From Candidatus Poribacteria bacterium (GTDB lineage: Bacteria; Poribacteria; WGA-4E; WGA-3G), in NCBI GenBank assembly GCA_963663765.2, contig CAXXUA010000003.1:256001-320000 (forward strand): a stretch of 64,000 bases of DNA. Direction: 5' to 3'. The notes below the pieces were generated by a model. It saw nothing but the letters and a program-made list of their open reading frames with translations, was not told the DNA's origin and made no database searches. This document shows, piece after piece, positions 1 to 10,705 of this stretch. Position numbers and translations under genes: made by a program. Within the stretch, counting starts at the first letter, position 1; every line of letters begins with the position of its first letter.

Positions 1-933
1 CGCAAAATCTCTCAACAAGATTTCAGCCAAAACGTCAAGTGGACTTGGAGCACCAAATAAGGGAAGTTGTTGAGGTTGATGATCCATAGGGTCATATTCA
101 AACGAAGGAACACTCTGAACTGAGTCTGTGCTTTCTTTAGCCATGATGTCTTTCATAATTTGATAACCTCTGACATTCTTGGAAACAAAGATCAAATGAT
201 GACTTAATCGCTTTATGCTATCAAACTTAAAACGAAATGGCAAAACATACTTACCTCCCTTTTCTTTTAGTGCTTGGCTAATTGTCTCAATTACAGATAA
301 TTCTTTTTCAAATGAGTCCATATCATTTAGCAAAAGATTTCCAAGTTCAGTCGCTCGTTTTTTGCCGAAAAGTGCGTCTATATGTTTCTTAACACTTGGA
401 TTATTAATGCTCATAGATATACGATTATAGTTGAAGAAAAATATGCAATCACAACCCCAGTTTCTAAGAGCAGAGCTAATAAGTTCCAAAGACAGTCCTT
501 TGTAACCCCATGGATCAACAAAGAACAGGGTCGGTATTGTATTTATACTACCCAAAATCTGTGCTACTTCTTCATCTACATCCATATTTAAAATACGAGG
601 CAAAATTCCCAGTTTATCAATATCTTTGATTGAGTCAATGGCATCCTTTAATCTATGAGCATGTTTCGAATCAATATCGTTAAAAATACAGGTGAGCATA
701 TCCCGTATATCTTCATTTTCAATTGCCTTTTCAAGAATGAGAATTGGAGTAGACTTTGATCCATCTGCATATATACCTGGACCTGCGAAAAAATCTACAT
801 AACCAATATTTGTATTCCTTTTTTTAGCATGAGGAATTATAATTTTTGCCCAAGCCCAGAAATATTTCACTACAATTCTTGTTTTTACCTTTGACGCTTC
901 TTTAGCTTTATCAAAAAAATATTTATCCCGCAT
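1..933 (-). CDS. tcmP: Three-Cys-motif partner protein TcmP (SAM-MTase-like fold), 3' end runs off the window
   Basis: Absent from the ORF track; manual translation from ATG at 933 gives MRDKYFFDKAKEASKVKTRIVVKYFWAW...YVDFFAGPGIYADGSKSTP...FFVDPWGYKG..., with the typical TcmP motifs; the frame stays open to position 1. Confidence 0.8.
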   Translation of the reverse strand, partial: MRDKYFFDKAKEASKVKTRIVVKYFWAWAKIIIPHAKKRNTNIGYVDFFAGPGIYADGSKSTPILILEKAIENEDIRDMLTCIFNDIDSKHAHRLKDAIDSIKDIDKLGILPRILNMDVDEEVAQILGSINTIPTLFFVDPWGYKGLSLELISSALRNWGCDCIFFFNYNRISMSINNPSVKKHIDALFGKKRATELGNLLLNDMDSFEKELSVIETISQALKEKGGKYVLPFRFKFDSIKRLSHHLIFVSKNVRGYQIMKDIMAKESTDSVQSVPSFEYDPMDHQPQQLPLFGAPSPLDVLAEILLRDFA

Positions 934-1011
934 AACCTTCCCTTTATAAATAATACTATAAACCATGTTGTCTTGTCAAGATTTAATTAACGATTAATTC
1001 AATTTAGCATT

Positions 1012-1145
1012 ATACCAAATTAACCTAAATCGTAGGGACAGGTCTCCGGGGAATGCCAAAAGGCATTCATACCGTTGATTACTTGATTTGGTACCCGCCC
1101 GTGTTCTCCACATTAAAATCAATACAAATCACATTAATTTGGTAT
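1012..1145. mobile_element. MITE-like element, ATACCA-end family
   Basis: Terminal inverted repeats ATACCAAATTAA / TTAATTTGGTAT; internal segment GAATGCCAAAAGGCATTCATACCGTTGAT recurs at about 39096. Confidence 0.6.
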
Positions 1146-1228
1146 TACTTGTGTTGATTGTAAAAGCTTCCAACCCTAATAATAGTGTGTTTACACATTA
1201 ACATCGAATATTTTACAATAACAAAGTC

Positions 1229-1382
1229 ATACCATTTCTTATATAATGTCTCATTAGCTGCGGAGATCTGGTAGGAGCGACCTCCTGGTCGCGACCGGGA
1301 GGTCGCTCCTACCGTAGAGAGGACTTCTAACCAACGATAACAGTGGAATTCCTTATGAAACAAGTATTATTAGAAATGGTAT
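1229..1382. mobile_element. MITE-like element (ATACCA ends) with REP-like palindrome core
   Basis: TIR ATACCATTTCT / AGAAATGGTAT; core GTAGGAGCGACCTCC...GGAGGTCGCTCCTAC (1271-1312); related copies at 35194-35349 and about 54820-54930. Confidence 0.65.
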
Positions 1383-4300
1383 TATTCCGTTTTAGGTAAG
1401 GTTGGGAGTGTGAGACGTGGACGGTCACCGAAATCGGGGAGTTCGGGTGGGTTCTCTTCCATCTCTTGCAGGAGTATCTCTATTGCCTTATCAAGTTGTG
1501 GGTCACCTTCAGCGATATAATCTTGTGGACGATAATCCACTTCAATGTCTGGGTCGGTGCCGTAGTTCTCAACGCTCCAACCGACATCAACGAACCAGAA
1601 AGAATACTCAGGTTGTGTTGTCCGTCCTCCATCAACAAATCCTTGATGTGGTGAGATACCGATAACACCTCCCCACGTGCGTTTGCCGATAAGTTGCCCT
1701 AATCCCATCAGTTTGAAGCAGTGTGAAAAGATGTCCCCATCGGAACCAGCGTTTTCGTTTGTGACAGCGATCATCGGACCTAACACGGAAGCAGTGGGAT
1801 ATGGGTGCGGTGTACCCCAACGTGGAATATCATATCCGATACGTCGGCGAGATAACTTCTCTAAAATTAGTTGTGACACATTGCCACCGCCGTTGTAGCG
1901 TACATCAACGAGTAAACCGGGATAACTCACTTCAGCAAGATAGCCGCGATGAAACTCAGCATAACCACGACTTCCCATATCGGGAATATGGACGTATCCG
2001 ACCTTACCATCTGTCTTTTCATGAACGTATTTCCGATTTTGCGCGACCCATTCGCGATAACGTAATTCGCCTTCGCCACCAAGTACCTTGATCGTAACAA
2101 CACGTTTCTCATCATCACTTTTATTCTTGAATGTGGTTTGCACCTCTTGTCCACCAAGACTTATTAATAACTCACCAGGTGAAACATTTTCGCTAAGCGG
2201 TTGTCCACCGATAGAAAGGAGGATATCCCCTTCTTGGATGTTGATACCGGGAGCATTGAGTGGTGAGGTTCTTCTATCATTCCATGTGTCGCCACGAACG
2301 ATATGTGTGATGCGATAGCCGTTGTTGTCTGGGTCGTAAACAAAATCAGCACCGAGAAAACCTTGTCCGTAGTTAGGTGAACTGCGGTAATCTCCACCAG
2401 ATTCATAAGCGTGTGAGGTGCCGAGTTCACCTTGCATTTCCCACATAAGGTCAGAAAATTCGGCACGGGTGGCAATTCTTTCCAGTTGTGGCAGATACCG
2501 TTGATACACGTTTTCCCAATCAACATCGGACATATCCTCAGTCCAGAAATAATCGCGCTGCAGTCGCCATGCTTCTCGATACATCTGTTTCCATTCAGCT
2601 GTGGGTATCACAGAGGGTCTGGCGCGATTGATTTCTATCCAACCGTTATGTCTGGGGTTGCCACCTTTATTATCAGGTTTTTGGTCCCCCTCTGCTTTTC
2701 TACCTGCTTTTATGATACGCAACCGATTTCCTGTGCGATATAAAAGGCTTTTGTAATCTCGCGAAAGTTGGAAGGAGTCAATATCTGGAACGAGTACATC
2801 TTTTTTCTGCTCTTTAAAATCGTAAGCGTGGAGTTTACCTTTCGCACTTGAACCATCACCTTCAGGGGTATTTTGCGCGTGCTGAACAGGAAAAGAAGTA
2901 AAAATCGCTTTGCCTTCAATACCAGCAATCTGTCTGTAACGTCCGTGTGAATAGGGAAAAGCAACAACGCGCTGTTCAATACCGTCTAACTCAATTTTGA
3001 TAGGTTTTTTCTTTTTCTCATCCTTTTGCTCATTAGAATCACCATCTTTTTCCTCGGAATTTTCTTCAGTATCCTTGTCGCCATTTTCCTTTTTATCTTT
3101 TTCCTTTTCATCTTCAGGTGGCGGTGTGGTAGGAAGAAACGGGTTCGGTAGTTCTTTCTGCAAAGTTACCAATAATGGTCGTGTGGCAATAGGAAAACTA
3201 AGTTCAAACTGCAACGCATCACCGACAGGGTCAAATTCACGATGAGAAAGAAAATAGAGATACTTTCCGTCTGGATCCCAAGCGGGAGCATAATCACTGA
3301 ATTCAGTTTTCGTGATATACGTAGTTTCTCCTGTTTCAATGTTGCACAGTTTGATTGACGATGTGGTCTCAGTAGCGGGAAAACTGTATACGATCCATTT
3401 TCCATCAGGTGACCATTTTGCACCTTGAATTCGATTATATAGACTTTTGTCAAGCACACGCATTTCCAGCTTTTCAAGTTCTATGTGCAGCAGTTCAAAA
3501 CGTTGGTTGACGATGAGGAGTTGGTCTTTCAGGTCATCCCCTTTCGGGCAGACAGCAAGTTGACGCACATGTCCTATGTCCAGTTCATCAAGACGGCGTA
3601 CTTCTTCACTCCCATCGCATGTGTGAATTTCAAGAGCTTCTTCACCATCAGCATCTGAAAGCGTCAAGATACGTTTGCCATCATTTAACCATCGTGGCAT
3701 ACGATACCGGGTGCCGTTGCGTTCTCCGTGCTGGAGGACAGCACCATCCCAGTTTGCCATCGTAAAAAGTTTGCCACGGGAAGTAAACGTTATAGATCGA
3801 CCGTCTGCGGACGGTGCGTAATCTTGAAGGTACTGTGAGGCGTTGACGAATTTGCGTTGGCGTTGAATGCGCGGACTGCGGAATTCCACGTCAACTTGAT
3901 GGTTTGTATCCTTTTCTATATCATAAATCCATAAATCGGCACCTGCATGATAGACAATGTGGTCACCATCAGTTTGTGCTGATCGTGCATAATAGGTTTC
4001 CTGATGTGTGTGCCGTTGTATGTCTTCACCAGAGGTTTGGCAGGAATAGATATTTCCAACGCCTTCATGGTCAGAGATAAAGTAGATACGATCCCCAATC
4101 CATAAGGGAGTCGTGAAATTGCTTTCAACAGGTGCAAAGGGTTCAAACTCCCCATTCCCATCAGTATCAATCCAGAGTTGTCCTGCCGTACCGCCACGAT
4201 AGCGTTTCCATCGTGCGGGTTCACGAGTTAACCTTCCAAGAACAACGCCACCGTTTTCTCCAAATGCAATGTGGTTAGCAGGACCATAAGGAAGTCGTTT

Positions 4301-4669
4301 CGGTTCACCACCATCAGGAGAGATGCTCCATAACCATGCGCCAAATGCCGATCCTGCACCACTGGAATAGAGGATGTTTTGTCCATCCGTATCCCATCCG
4401 ACAATACTTGCATTGCTTCCTTGGTAAGTAAGTCGTTTTGCTTCTCCTCCGAGTGCGGGCATGATATAGACTTCTGCTGGACCTTCTTCGCGTCCAGCAA
4501 AAGCAAGAAGTTCACCGTTTGGTGATAACTGTGGGGAACTGGTTGCGCCTAAATTTGATGTGAGTCTACGTGCTAAACCTCCTCTTACTGGAACTGTCCA
4601 TAAATCATCTTCACAAACAAAAACAATGGTGTCATTTGAAACAGTTGGAAATCGATAGTATCCTGACAT
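1382..4669 (-). CDS. Tricorn protease (peptidase S41, beta-propellers + PDZ)
   Basis: 1095 aa; RWKRYRGG, GELGTSH, GYVHIPDM, DVRYNGGG, catalytic AGSDGD, RTWGG; no signal peptide. Confidence 0.93.
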   Translation of the reverse strand: MSGYYRFPTVSNDTIVFVCEDDLWTVPVRGGLARRLTSNLGATSSPQLSPNGELLAFAGREEGPAEVYIMPALGGEAKRLTYQGSNASIVGWDTDGQNILYSSGAGSAFGAWLWSISPDGGEPKRLPYGPANHIAFGENGGVVLGRLTREPARWKRYRGGTAGQLWIDTDGNGEFEPFAPVESNFTTPLWIGDRIYFISDHEGVGNIYSCQTSGEDIQRHTHQETYYARSAQTDGDHIVYHAGADLWIYDIEKDTNHQVDVEFRSPRIQRQRKFVNASQYLQDYAPSADGRSITFTSRGKLFTMANWDGAVLQHGERNGTRYRMPRWLNDGKRILTLSDADGEEALEIHTCDGSEEVRRLDELDIGHVRQLAVCPKGDDLKDQLLIVNQRFELLHIELEKLEMRVLDKSLYNRIQGAKWSPDGKWIVYSFPATETTSSIKLCNIETGETTYITKTEFSDYAPAWDPDGKYLYFLSHREFDPVGDALQFELSFPIATRPLLVTLQKELPNPFLPTTPPPEDEKEKDKKENGDKDTEENSEEKDGDSNEQKDEKKKKPIKIELDGIEQRVVAFPYSHGRYRQIAGIEGKAIFTSFPVQHAQNTPEGDGSSAKGKLHAYDFKEQKKDVLVPDIDSFQLSRDYKSLLYRTGNRLRIIKAGRKAEGDQKPDNKGGNPRHNGWIEINRARPSVIPTAEWKQMYREAWRLQRDYFWTEDMSDVDWENVYQRYLPQLERIATRAEFSDLMWEMQGELGTSHAYESGGDYRSSPNYGQGFLGADFVYDPDNNGYRITHIVRGDTWNDRRTSPLNAPGINIQEGDILLSIGGQPLSENVSPGELLISLGGQEVQTTFKNKSDDEKRVVTIKVLGGEGELRYREWVAQNRKYVHEKTDGKVGYVHIPDMGSRGYAEFHRGYLAEVSYPGLLVDVRYNGGGNVSQLILEKLSRRRIGYDIPRWGTPHPYPTASVLGPMIAVTNENAGSDGDIFSHCFKLMGLGQLIGKRTWGGVIGISPHQGFVDGGRTTQPEYSFWFVDVGWSVENYGTDPDIEVDYRPQDYIAEGDPQLDKAIEILLQEMEENPPELPDFGDRPRLTLPTLPKTE

Positions 4670-4817
4670 TTACACCTCCATAGAAAGAAATAACATTATA
4701 CTGAAAACAAGGTACAGAAAATATGAAAGGCGAGGCACCAAACCGCATCAACGGTAAGCAGCATAAGCACACATGACTTATGCCATGATTCGTTGGAGAC
4801 CTCGCCCTATAAATTTG

Positions 4818-4852
4818 ACGCTAAGACGAATTTGGAATTACGTCTTAGCGTT
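4818..4852. terminator. Hairpin terminator candidate downstream of the PPC gene
   Basis: ACGCTAAGACG-N12-CGTCTTAGCGT inverted repeat. Confidence 0.5.
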
Positions 4853-4885
4853 TTCGGTGTATTGTGCGAAAAAGAGACAGTAGAA

Positions 4886-7885
4886 TTAATTGTCCTCTAA
4901 CATTGCTTGTCTTTCAGTACTGGGTGGGTTTCCGAGCCAAAGTTTTACAGCTGGACTGCTTGCAATGCGTCGATTGCCAACTGAGGCAATGATGACAAAG
5001 GTATGCGGTCTTGTCTGTTGATTTCCAATGAATGGATTTCGCCGTATTTCGTCATTACCACCACTAATAATATCTGGAACAAGCCTTATTGTTGCTTCGG
5101 ATTTACCTCTTTGGAGTACGGTTGTCTGTCTCTGTAACCTTACGCCAGAAGGCAATCCAACTACAGTCAAGTTCATGTTTTGGCGGTTCCCTCTCTTGCG
5201 ATCAACTTTCACGGTAATATCAACCGGACCATCTTCCGTCATCACGACTTCATTAGGAGTCACAGCCACAGTGATAGGTGACGCTTCTGTTATGCTTACG
5301 ACAACATTTTTCCGCTGAACATTTTGATCGTTGTTCCGAATACGGTATATTTCCACTGGAGTTGCGGCACGTCGAATCTGATTTCCAGACGCGGTTGTAA
5401 CAGTACCGACTACCTGGACAACGCTGTGGGTTAGCTCCGCATCTGGAGCAGCTGTCAGTGTGAGATATCCTTGGTTATTACGACCTTCAGAAAGAATAGC
5501 ACTCTGACTTGCTATGATACCGGGTGGTAGATTTTCAACAGAGAGTAAGATAGGCTCTGTAAACCCAACTCGACGTCGCAATGAGACATCCAATAGTACT
5601 GTCCCCCCACGTCCAATGTTCGGGTTATCGGGTGTCACCGACAGGGCGAAGTCTGGGACAGTTGGTCGGACGTCTAAGTGGTAGACATAACCGGCGCCGC
5701 CTTTCCCAGAGACATCTTCTACACGGAGCGCATATTCCCCCGGTTGAGCGAAACTGTAATCAATAATGGCATTGCGTGCTCCACCTCTTCCTGCGTTATT
5801 TCTTAAAACCCGTCCTTCTGAATTCAATAAGGTTAACGAAGGGCTTAGCGGAGAATTCAGTTTTTCTGCAGACAAACCAATGGAATAACCACCAATATCA
5901 GCAAAAAATCCCCAAGGTCCAAAACCGTTTGTAATTTTAACGAGAATTTTGTTTTCGCCTTTAGTTACTGGCAGTTCAATGACATCATCACCACGGTTGA
6001 GAGGTCGGTGCACATATTTACTGAAGACCAGTTTATCGTTCACCCAAATCTTAATCGTATCATCTGAACCGAGTGACAAGATGTACTTTTGATCCCGTTG
6101 AGATTTGAAATAGGTTAACGCGTATCCTGTAACATCATCTTCTGCTACATCAGAGAAAACGCTTTCCCCTCTACGATTGGTCCTATACCATTTAATTTTC
6201 TGCTCATTCTTACCGGTATATTCTTTTTCAAGATCAATTTCGAGTTCAGGTGGATAGACGGTTTCATATCCTTTTTCGTCTGTGTTATCAAAGGGATGAA
6301 TGACCCACCAAGGTCCGAGACGAGAACCTTCTGTTATCGTAAAGCGATAATAGTCTACCTCTCCGGGTTGAGAAATACGACCACTTATTGCACCAGGGGT
6401 TTCAATGTGTTGTGCATTTCCGATCTGTTTTGCAATCAGTTGTCCCATGCGGACAACTTCTTCACCAACAAACGTGAGAATTTTGTCACGTTCAGTATCT
6501 GTAATATCAGAGTTTTCCTTCGCCGCCATGCGTGTGATAGTATTCTCCCATTGCTCAGCGGTTAGCGCGCGATTCTCTGGTGAGCGAAGTTCGTGACAAG
6601 CTGTACACTTCGTTTGGAAAAGGATTTCAGTTTCCACACTCTTTGCATGTTCTTCTTTTTCCGCAGAACCATTTTCAGTTGTCTGTTTAGTATTCGCTTC
6701 TATTGACTTTTCAATATCTTCACCAAATTCGTTAGCAATAAATGGAAAGATACCATACTGGGTGCGGACAAGTATAACACCCGGCTGTTGATCTTTAGGT
6801 AGTTTAACTTCAAAGTTAGTTTCAGGAAGATTTTCACCACCAATTTTCGTTTGGATGACGTTCCCAATTTCCCCACCTGTTGGGAAGATATATGTATTGT
6901 AAGGTACGACACCTATTGTTAAACGGTAAACAGAATCTGGATTTCCACGATAGAGCAGGTCACGTATTCGAAGATAATAGGTGCCATCCTCAGTAAGCGT
7001 ATGGTCAATTAGTGGGTCAAGACTGTAAAATCCATTACTTCGTTCTAATTCCTTACCTTTGGCATTGAAGAGTGAGATTGTCGGGTTGAAGAATTGTTGG
7101 CTAATGTGGTTATATCTATATGCTTTGACGTTGAAAACACAACGATCCCCTTTTGTTCCCTTAAATGTGAAATAATCTTCATCACCACCATAATTGATGA
7201 CGCCATTGACGATGGTTGGCAATTCAACGTATGTAGCGGATTCTGTATCGTTGTTTGATTCAGTTTCAACAGTATCAGGGACATTAGTGATTTCAAAGGG
7301 CCATGCTGTTGATGCTCCATTTTTACCAACAATACGTAGTTCACGTACACCGATCGGTGCATCAGGAGCAATAACTAATTCGGCAGTCATACCACCTGCT
7401 GCCCGCGCAGCGGATTTTAGATAATCAATGATTTTCGTCTGGTCGTCGTCACTGATATCCGCACCTTTGTCTTCCACCATGCGTTTCACAACGGCTGCCC
7501 ATTGTGTTCCTGTCATAGAACGGTTGCTTGGTGACCGAAGTTCATGGCACTGTCCACAATTTGCTTCAAAAACAGGTTTATGGGTTTCGTCAACTTTTCC
7601 ACCGCCGGCATTGAGTTTACCTGTAATGCCGGGTTCACCTTCAACAATGAGTGTATGTGCTCCATCCAAATCTGAACCTTGAATTTTCACCTCAACCGTC
7701 TTTCCGATTTGTGCCCCAGCGGGAAAAAGAGAATTCAGACGTGGTGTAGCTTGGGCAAATATAGAATTGGGAGTGGATATTATAACAAGAAACATCACAA
7801 GCAGCAACGGTTTCCAACTCCATATTGCTCGCGAATCAAGGTGTTGATTTAGACATGAAAGCATATATTTTTTCTTGACGCGCAT
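4886..7885 (-). CDS. Secreted PPC (pre-peptidase C-terminal) repeat protein with two c-type heme domains and a PA14-like insert
   Basis: Signal peptide; Planctomycete-type P.L..LFPAGAQ.G and E.ESNND/NG.I...GD.DYF.F repeats; CGQCH and CTACH motifs; LGSDDTIKIWVN. True start may be downstream. Confidence 0.75.
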   Translation of the reverse strand: MRVKKKYMLSCLNQHLDSRAIWSWKPLLLVMFLVIISTPNSIFAQATPRLNSLFPAGAQIGKTVEVKIQGSDLDGAHTLIVEGEPGITGKLNAGGGKVDETHKPVFEANCGQCHELRSPSNRSMTGTQWAAVVKRMVEDKGADISDDDQTKIIDYLKSAARAAGGMTAELVIAPDAPIGVRELRIVGKNGASTAWPFEITNVPDTVETESNNDTESATYVELPTIVNGVINYGGDEDYFTFKGTKGDRCVFNVKAYRYNHISQQFFNPTISLFNAKGKELERSNGFYSLDPLIDHTLTEDGTYYLRIRDLLYRGNPDSVYRLTIGVVPYNTYIFPTGGEIGNVIQTKIGGENLPETNFEVKLPKDQQPGVILVRTQYGIFPFIANEFGEDIEKSIEANTKQTTENGSAEKEEHAKSVETEILFQTKCTACHELRSPENRALTAEQWENTITRMAAKENSDITDTERDKILTFVGEEVVRMGQLIAKQIGNAQHIETPGAISGRISQPGEVDYYRFTITEGSRLGPWWVIHPFDNTDEKGYETVYPPELEIDLEKEYTGKNEQKIKWYRTNRRGESVFSDVAEDDVTGYALTYFKSQRDQKYILSLGSDDTIKIWVNDKLVFSKYVHRPLNRGDDVIELPVTKGENKILVKITNGFGPWGFFADIGGYSIGLSAEKLNSPLSPSLTLLNSEGRVLRNNAGRGGARNAIIDYSFAQPGEYALRVEDVSGKGGAGYVYHLDVRPTVPDFALSVTPDNPNIGRGGTVLLDVSLRRRVGFTEPILLSVENLPPGIIASQSAILSEGRNNQGYLTLTAAPDAELTHSVVQVVGTVTTASGNQIRRAATPVEIYRIRNNDQNVQRKNVVVSITEASPITVAVTPNEVVMTEDGPVDITVKVDRKRGNRQNMNLTVVGLPSGVRLQRQTTVLQRGKSEATIRLVPDIISGGNDEIRRNPFIGNQQTRPHTFVIIASVGNRRIASSPAVKLWLGNPPSTERQAMLEDN

Positions 7886-8022
7886 CTTTTATTACCTCCA
7901 AAGTAGCTTTCAATATTCAATTATAGGCTGCCAGTTGAAGGGAACCTTTTTCATAACCGAAAACCGATTAAGAAGTACTATAATCGGCGGAATTCGGGTA
8001 TTCGTCCCCATAAAAAACAGCA

Positions 8023-9066
8023 TTAGAATTCGTGTATCAATCTATTATTTCGGATATTCCAGATTCGCACTTTTCCGTCACGTCCACCTGCAGCAACAAG
8101 ATTACCGTCAAGGTTTATCTGAACAGCATAAACAGGTTCTGGAGAGTCGTTAAAAGTTCGGCGTCGTCCACCAGTTTGGATATTCCATACGATCACTGAT
8201 GTGTCGGCACCGCCAGAGACGATATATTCTTGGTTGTTTGCAACACCGCAATCAACGCTATAGACAGGACCTTGATGTCCATTGAATTGCCGCACAAGTG
8301 TCCCACGTGTATTACCGTTATTGCCTTCTGTAACTCTCCAAGTTCGGACGACATTATCAGCGGCACCAGAAACAATAAGGTTTTCTCGTGTTGCATAAGC
8401 AAGCGAATAAACTGCGTCATCGTTACCATCAAAGCTAACAAGAACTGTATTATCTGCAGGATTCCACACCTTTAAGGTTTTATCTTCACTTCCAGTGACA
8501 TAGTAGTCTCCGTTAGGGTGATACAAAGTGGAAAGCACCCTACCGACGTGCTGCGTTAACCATTTTGCCTGATCCCCTAATGGCATGCCATCATCAAGGT
8601 TCTCTAAGTCAATGACAGTACTATATTCGTCCATGCTTGCGGTGAGTAATTTTTTATGATCCGGACTGATAGCGATAGATTCAATGGTATCACCGTGTAT
8701 CTCAAATGTCTTGATGAGTGCTTCTGTTTCTACGTTCCATAAACGGATTTCGCCGGTTCGGGCTGCTTCTCCACCACCTGCGTATAGCATTTTACCATCT
8801 GGTGAAAACGTTATGCATCGGACGCGACCAATGGTGGGTTCATAGGCATGAATCGTCTCTTGCGTTTCAAGGTCCCAGAGTTCTACCCACTGGTATCTTC
8901 CAACAGCAAGTGTTTTCCCATCAGGACTAAACTTGAGCGCCCAGATAGGAGATAGAATCTTTGCTTTTTCCTGTACCGGTTCATCCGCTTGCATAATACT
9001 TCCAAAAAGTATAGTAATCGCAAAGACTGATAAAACAGCAAGTATGTTGTATGTGAGTTTTTTCAT
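8023..9066 (-). CDS. Secreted WD40-repeat beta-propeller protein
   Basis: N-terminal signal; repeated FSPDG...SG..D..V.IW motifs. Confidence 0.9.
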   Translation of the reverse strand: MKKLTYNILAVLSVFAITILFGSIMQADEPVQEKAKILSPIWALKFSPDGKTLAVGRYQWVELWDLETQETIHAYEPTIGRVRCITFSPDGKMLYAGGGEAARTGEIRLWNVETEALIKTFEIHGDTIESIAISPDHKKLLTASMDEYSTVIDLENLDDGMPLGDQAKWLTQHVGRVLSTLYHPNGDYYVTGSEDKTLKVWNPADNTVLVSFDGNDDAVYSLAYATRENLIVSGAADNVVRTWRVTEGNNGNTRGTLVRQFNGHQGPVYSVDCGVANNQEYIVSGGADTSVIVWNIQTGGRRRTFNDSPEPVYAVQINLDGNLVAAGGRDGKVRIWNIRNNRLIHEF

Positions 9067-9328
9067 AATCTCAATTTTTAAGGTAATGAGGGTAGGACAT
9101 TAATGATGAGAGAATATGTAGGAATGTAGTAGGGGACGACCTTATAATAGGGCGTGCAATAATTCTGCTACTACAGGTCACCTCATACCAAATTAACTTG
9201 ATATAACACATTCAATAATAGTAACTATGAAAGGAACGATTTCCTCACATAACATATTGTGTTAATTGGGTAAAAAGTCATCCGTAATTTCAGACAACAG
9301 CTATGTCTCAACCTCAGTTAGCAGCAGA

Positions 9329-9366
9329 TAATATAAGGTCAACGTTAGACTGTTGACCTTATATTA
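9329..9366. terminator. Hairpin terminator candidate after the DUF1501 gene
   Basis: TAATATAAGGTCAAC-N8-GTTGACCTTATATTA. Confidence 0.55.
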
Positions 9367-9391
9367 CAATAATAACAGTATGTTTATCTGC

Positions 9392-10705
9392 TTAAGCTAA
9401 GACACCACGGATCGGCTGTCCGCCACGTGAAAGGACAATACGGACACCATCAGGCGATTCAATACTCTGATTGTAATCAATACCGAGGCTCTGATAAATA
9501 GTAGCAGACAAGTCTTCTGGCCGGACAGGTATTTCAGCGGGTTCCATTCCAAATGGATCGGATGCGCCGACAACTTGTCCACCTTTAACGCCACCACCAG
9601 CTAACATGATAGAGAAGACGCGTGGGTGGTGATCACGTCCACCGTTTCGGTTGATGACAGGTGTTCTTCCGAATTCACCCATAGTGACGACGAGAGTACT
9701 TTCAAGTAACCCGCGCTGTGCAAGGTCACTCATCAGTGTCGCCATTGTTTGATCAAAAGCTCTGAGTTTGCCTGACAGGGTTGAAAAGATGTTGTTGTGA
9801 TTGTCCCAGCCGCCATTGCTGACAGTGACAAAGTTCACACCAGATTCAACAAGCCTGCGTGCAAGGAGGCAGCTTTGTCCGAATGTGTCACGTCGGTATG
9901 CATCGCGCATATTCTTGGGTTCCTTTGACAGGTCAAATGCGGCGCGTGCATCTTCTGAACTCATAAGGTTGTAAGCTGACTTATAGAAATTGTCCATGGC
10001 TTCAACCCTTGGATTGCCTGCTTCGTATTTCTTGAATGCATTATCCACAGCTGCTCGCAAGTCTTTTCTGTTTTCAACCCGTTCATAAGTGACACCTTTG
10101 GGTGGTTCTAAATCGCGGACTTTGAAATTATTGCTTGCGGGGTTGCCATCTGGTGAAAACGGATCAAGTGATGCGCCTAAGAAACCACCACCAGCATAAG
10201 CAACAGGTGAGGGAATCGCGATATAAGGCGGTAACGCACTACGTTGTTCTTTGAGTTCTGCAACAACTGAACCGTGACCAGGAACAGCGAAGCCAGGTAA
10301 TGGTTGATAACCTGTGATCATATAATGTGTTCCACGTTCATGAGCACCTTCGGGAGAAGTCATTGAACGGATGACACACATTTTGTCTGCATGTTTTGCA
10401 AGTTTCGGCATGTGTTCACTGATTTGAACACCATCTGCATTTGTGGATATAGGTTTGAACAGACCACGGATCTCTTCGGGGGCATCGGGTTTGAGGTCCC
10501 ACATATCAAGGTGACTCGGACCGCCGCCTAACCATACCAAAATAACTGATTTTGCGCTGGCTGGTTTAACTGTCGCTTTCGCTACAGCTTTTAGACGGAA
10601 AAAGTCCGTAAGACCAAAACCAAATAACCCTAAGACACCAGCCTTAATCAGATCTCTGCGATAAAATCCTTCGCAGTCTGTTTTTGTGCAGTCTCTTTGG
10701 GACAT
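9392..10705 (-). CDS. DUF1501 family protein (Tat-exported, sulfatase-like fold)
   Basis: RRDLIK Tat motif, WLGGGPSHLDMWDLKP, GQSCLLARRLVE, WDNH, GEFGRTP, GRDH; start moved to MSQRD behind AGGAG. Confidence 0.92.
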   Translation of the reverse strand: MSQRDCTKTDCEGFYRRDLIKAGVLGLFGFGLTDFFRLKAVAKATVKPASAKSVILVWLGGGPSHLDMWDLKPDAPEEIRGLFKPISTNADGVQISEHMPKLAKHADKMCVIRSMTSPEGAHERGTHYMITGYQPLPGFAVPGHGSVVAELKEQRSALPPYIAIPSPVAYAGGGFLGASLDPFSPDGNPASNNFKVRDLEPPKGVTYERVENRKDLRAAVDNAFKKYEAGNPRVEAMDNFYKSAYNLMSSEDARAAFDLSKEPKNMRDAYRRDTFGQSCLLARRLVESGVNFVTVSNGGWDNHNNIFSTLSGKLRAFDQTMATLMSDLAQRGLLESTLVVTMGEFGRTPVINRNGGRDHHPRVFSIMLAGGGVKGGQVVGASDPFGMEPAEIPVRPEDLSATIYQSLGIDYNQSIESPDGVRIVLSRGGQPIRGVLA

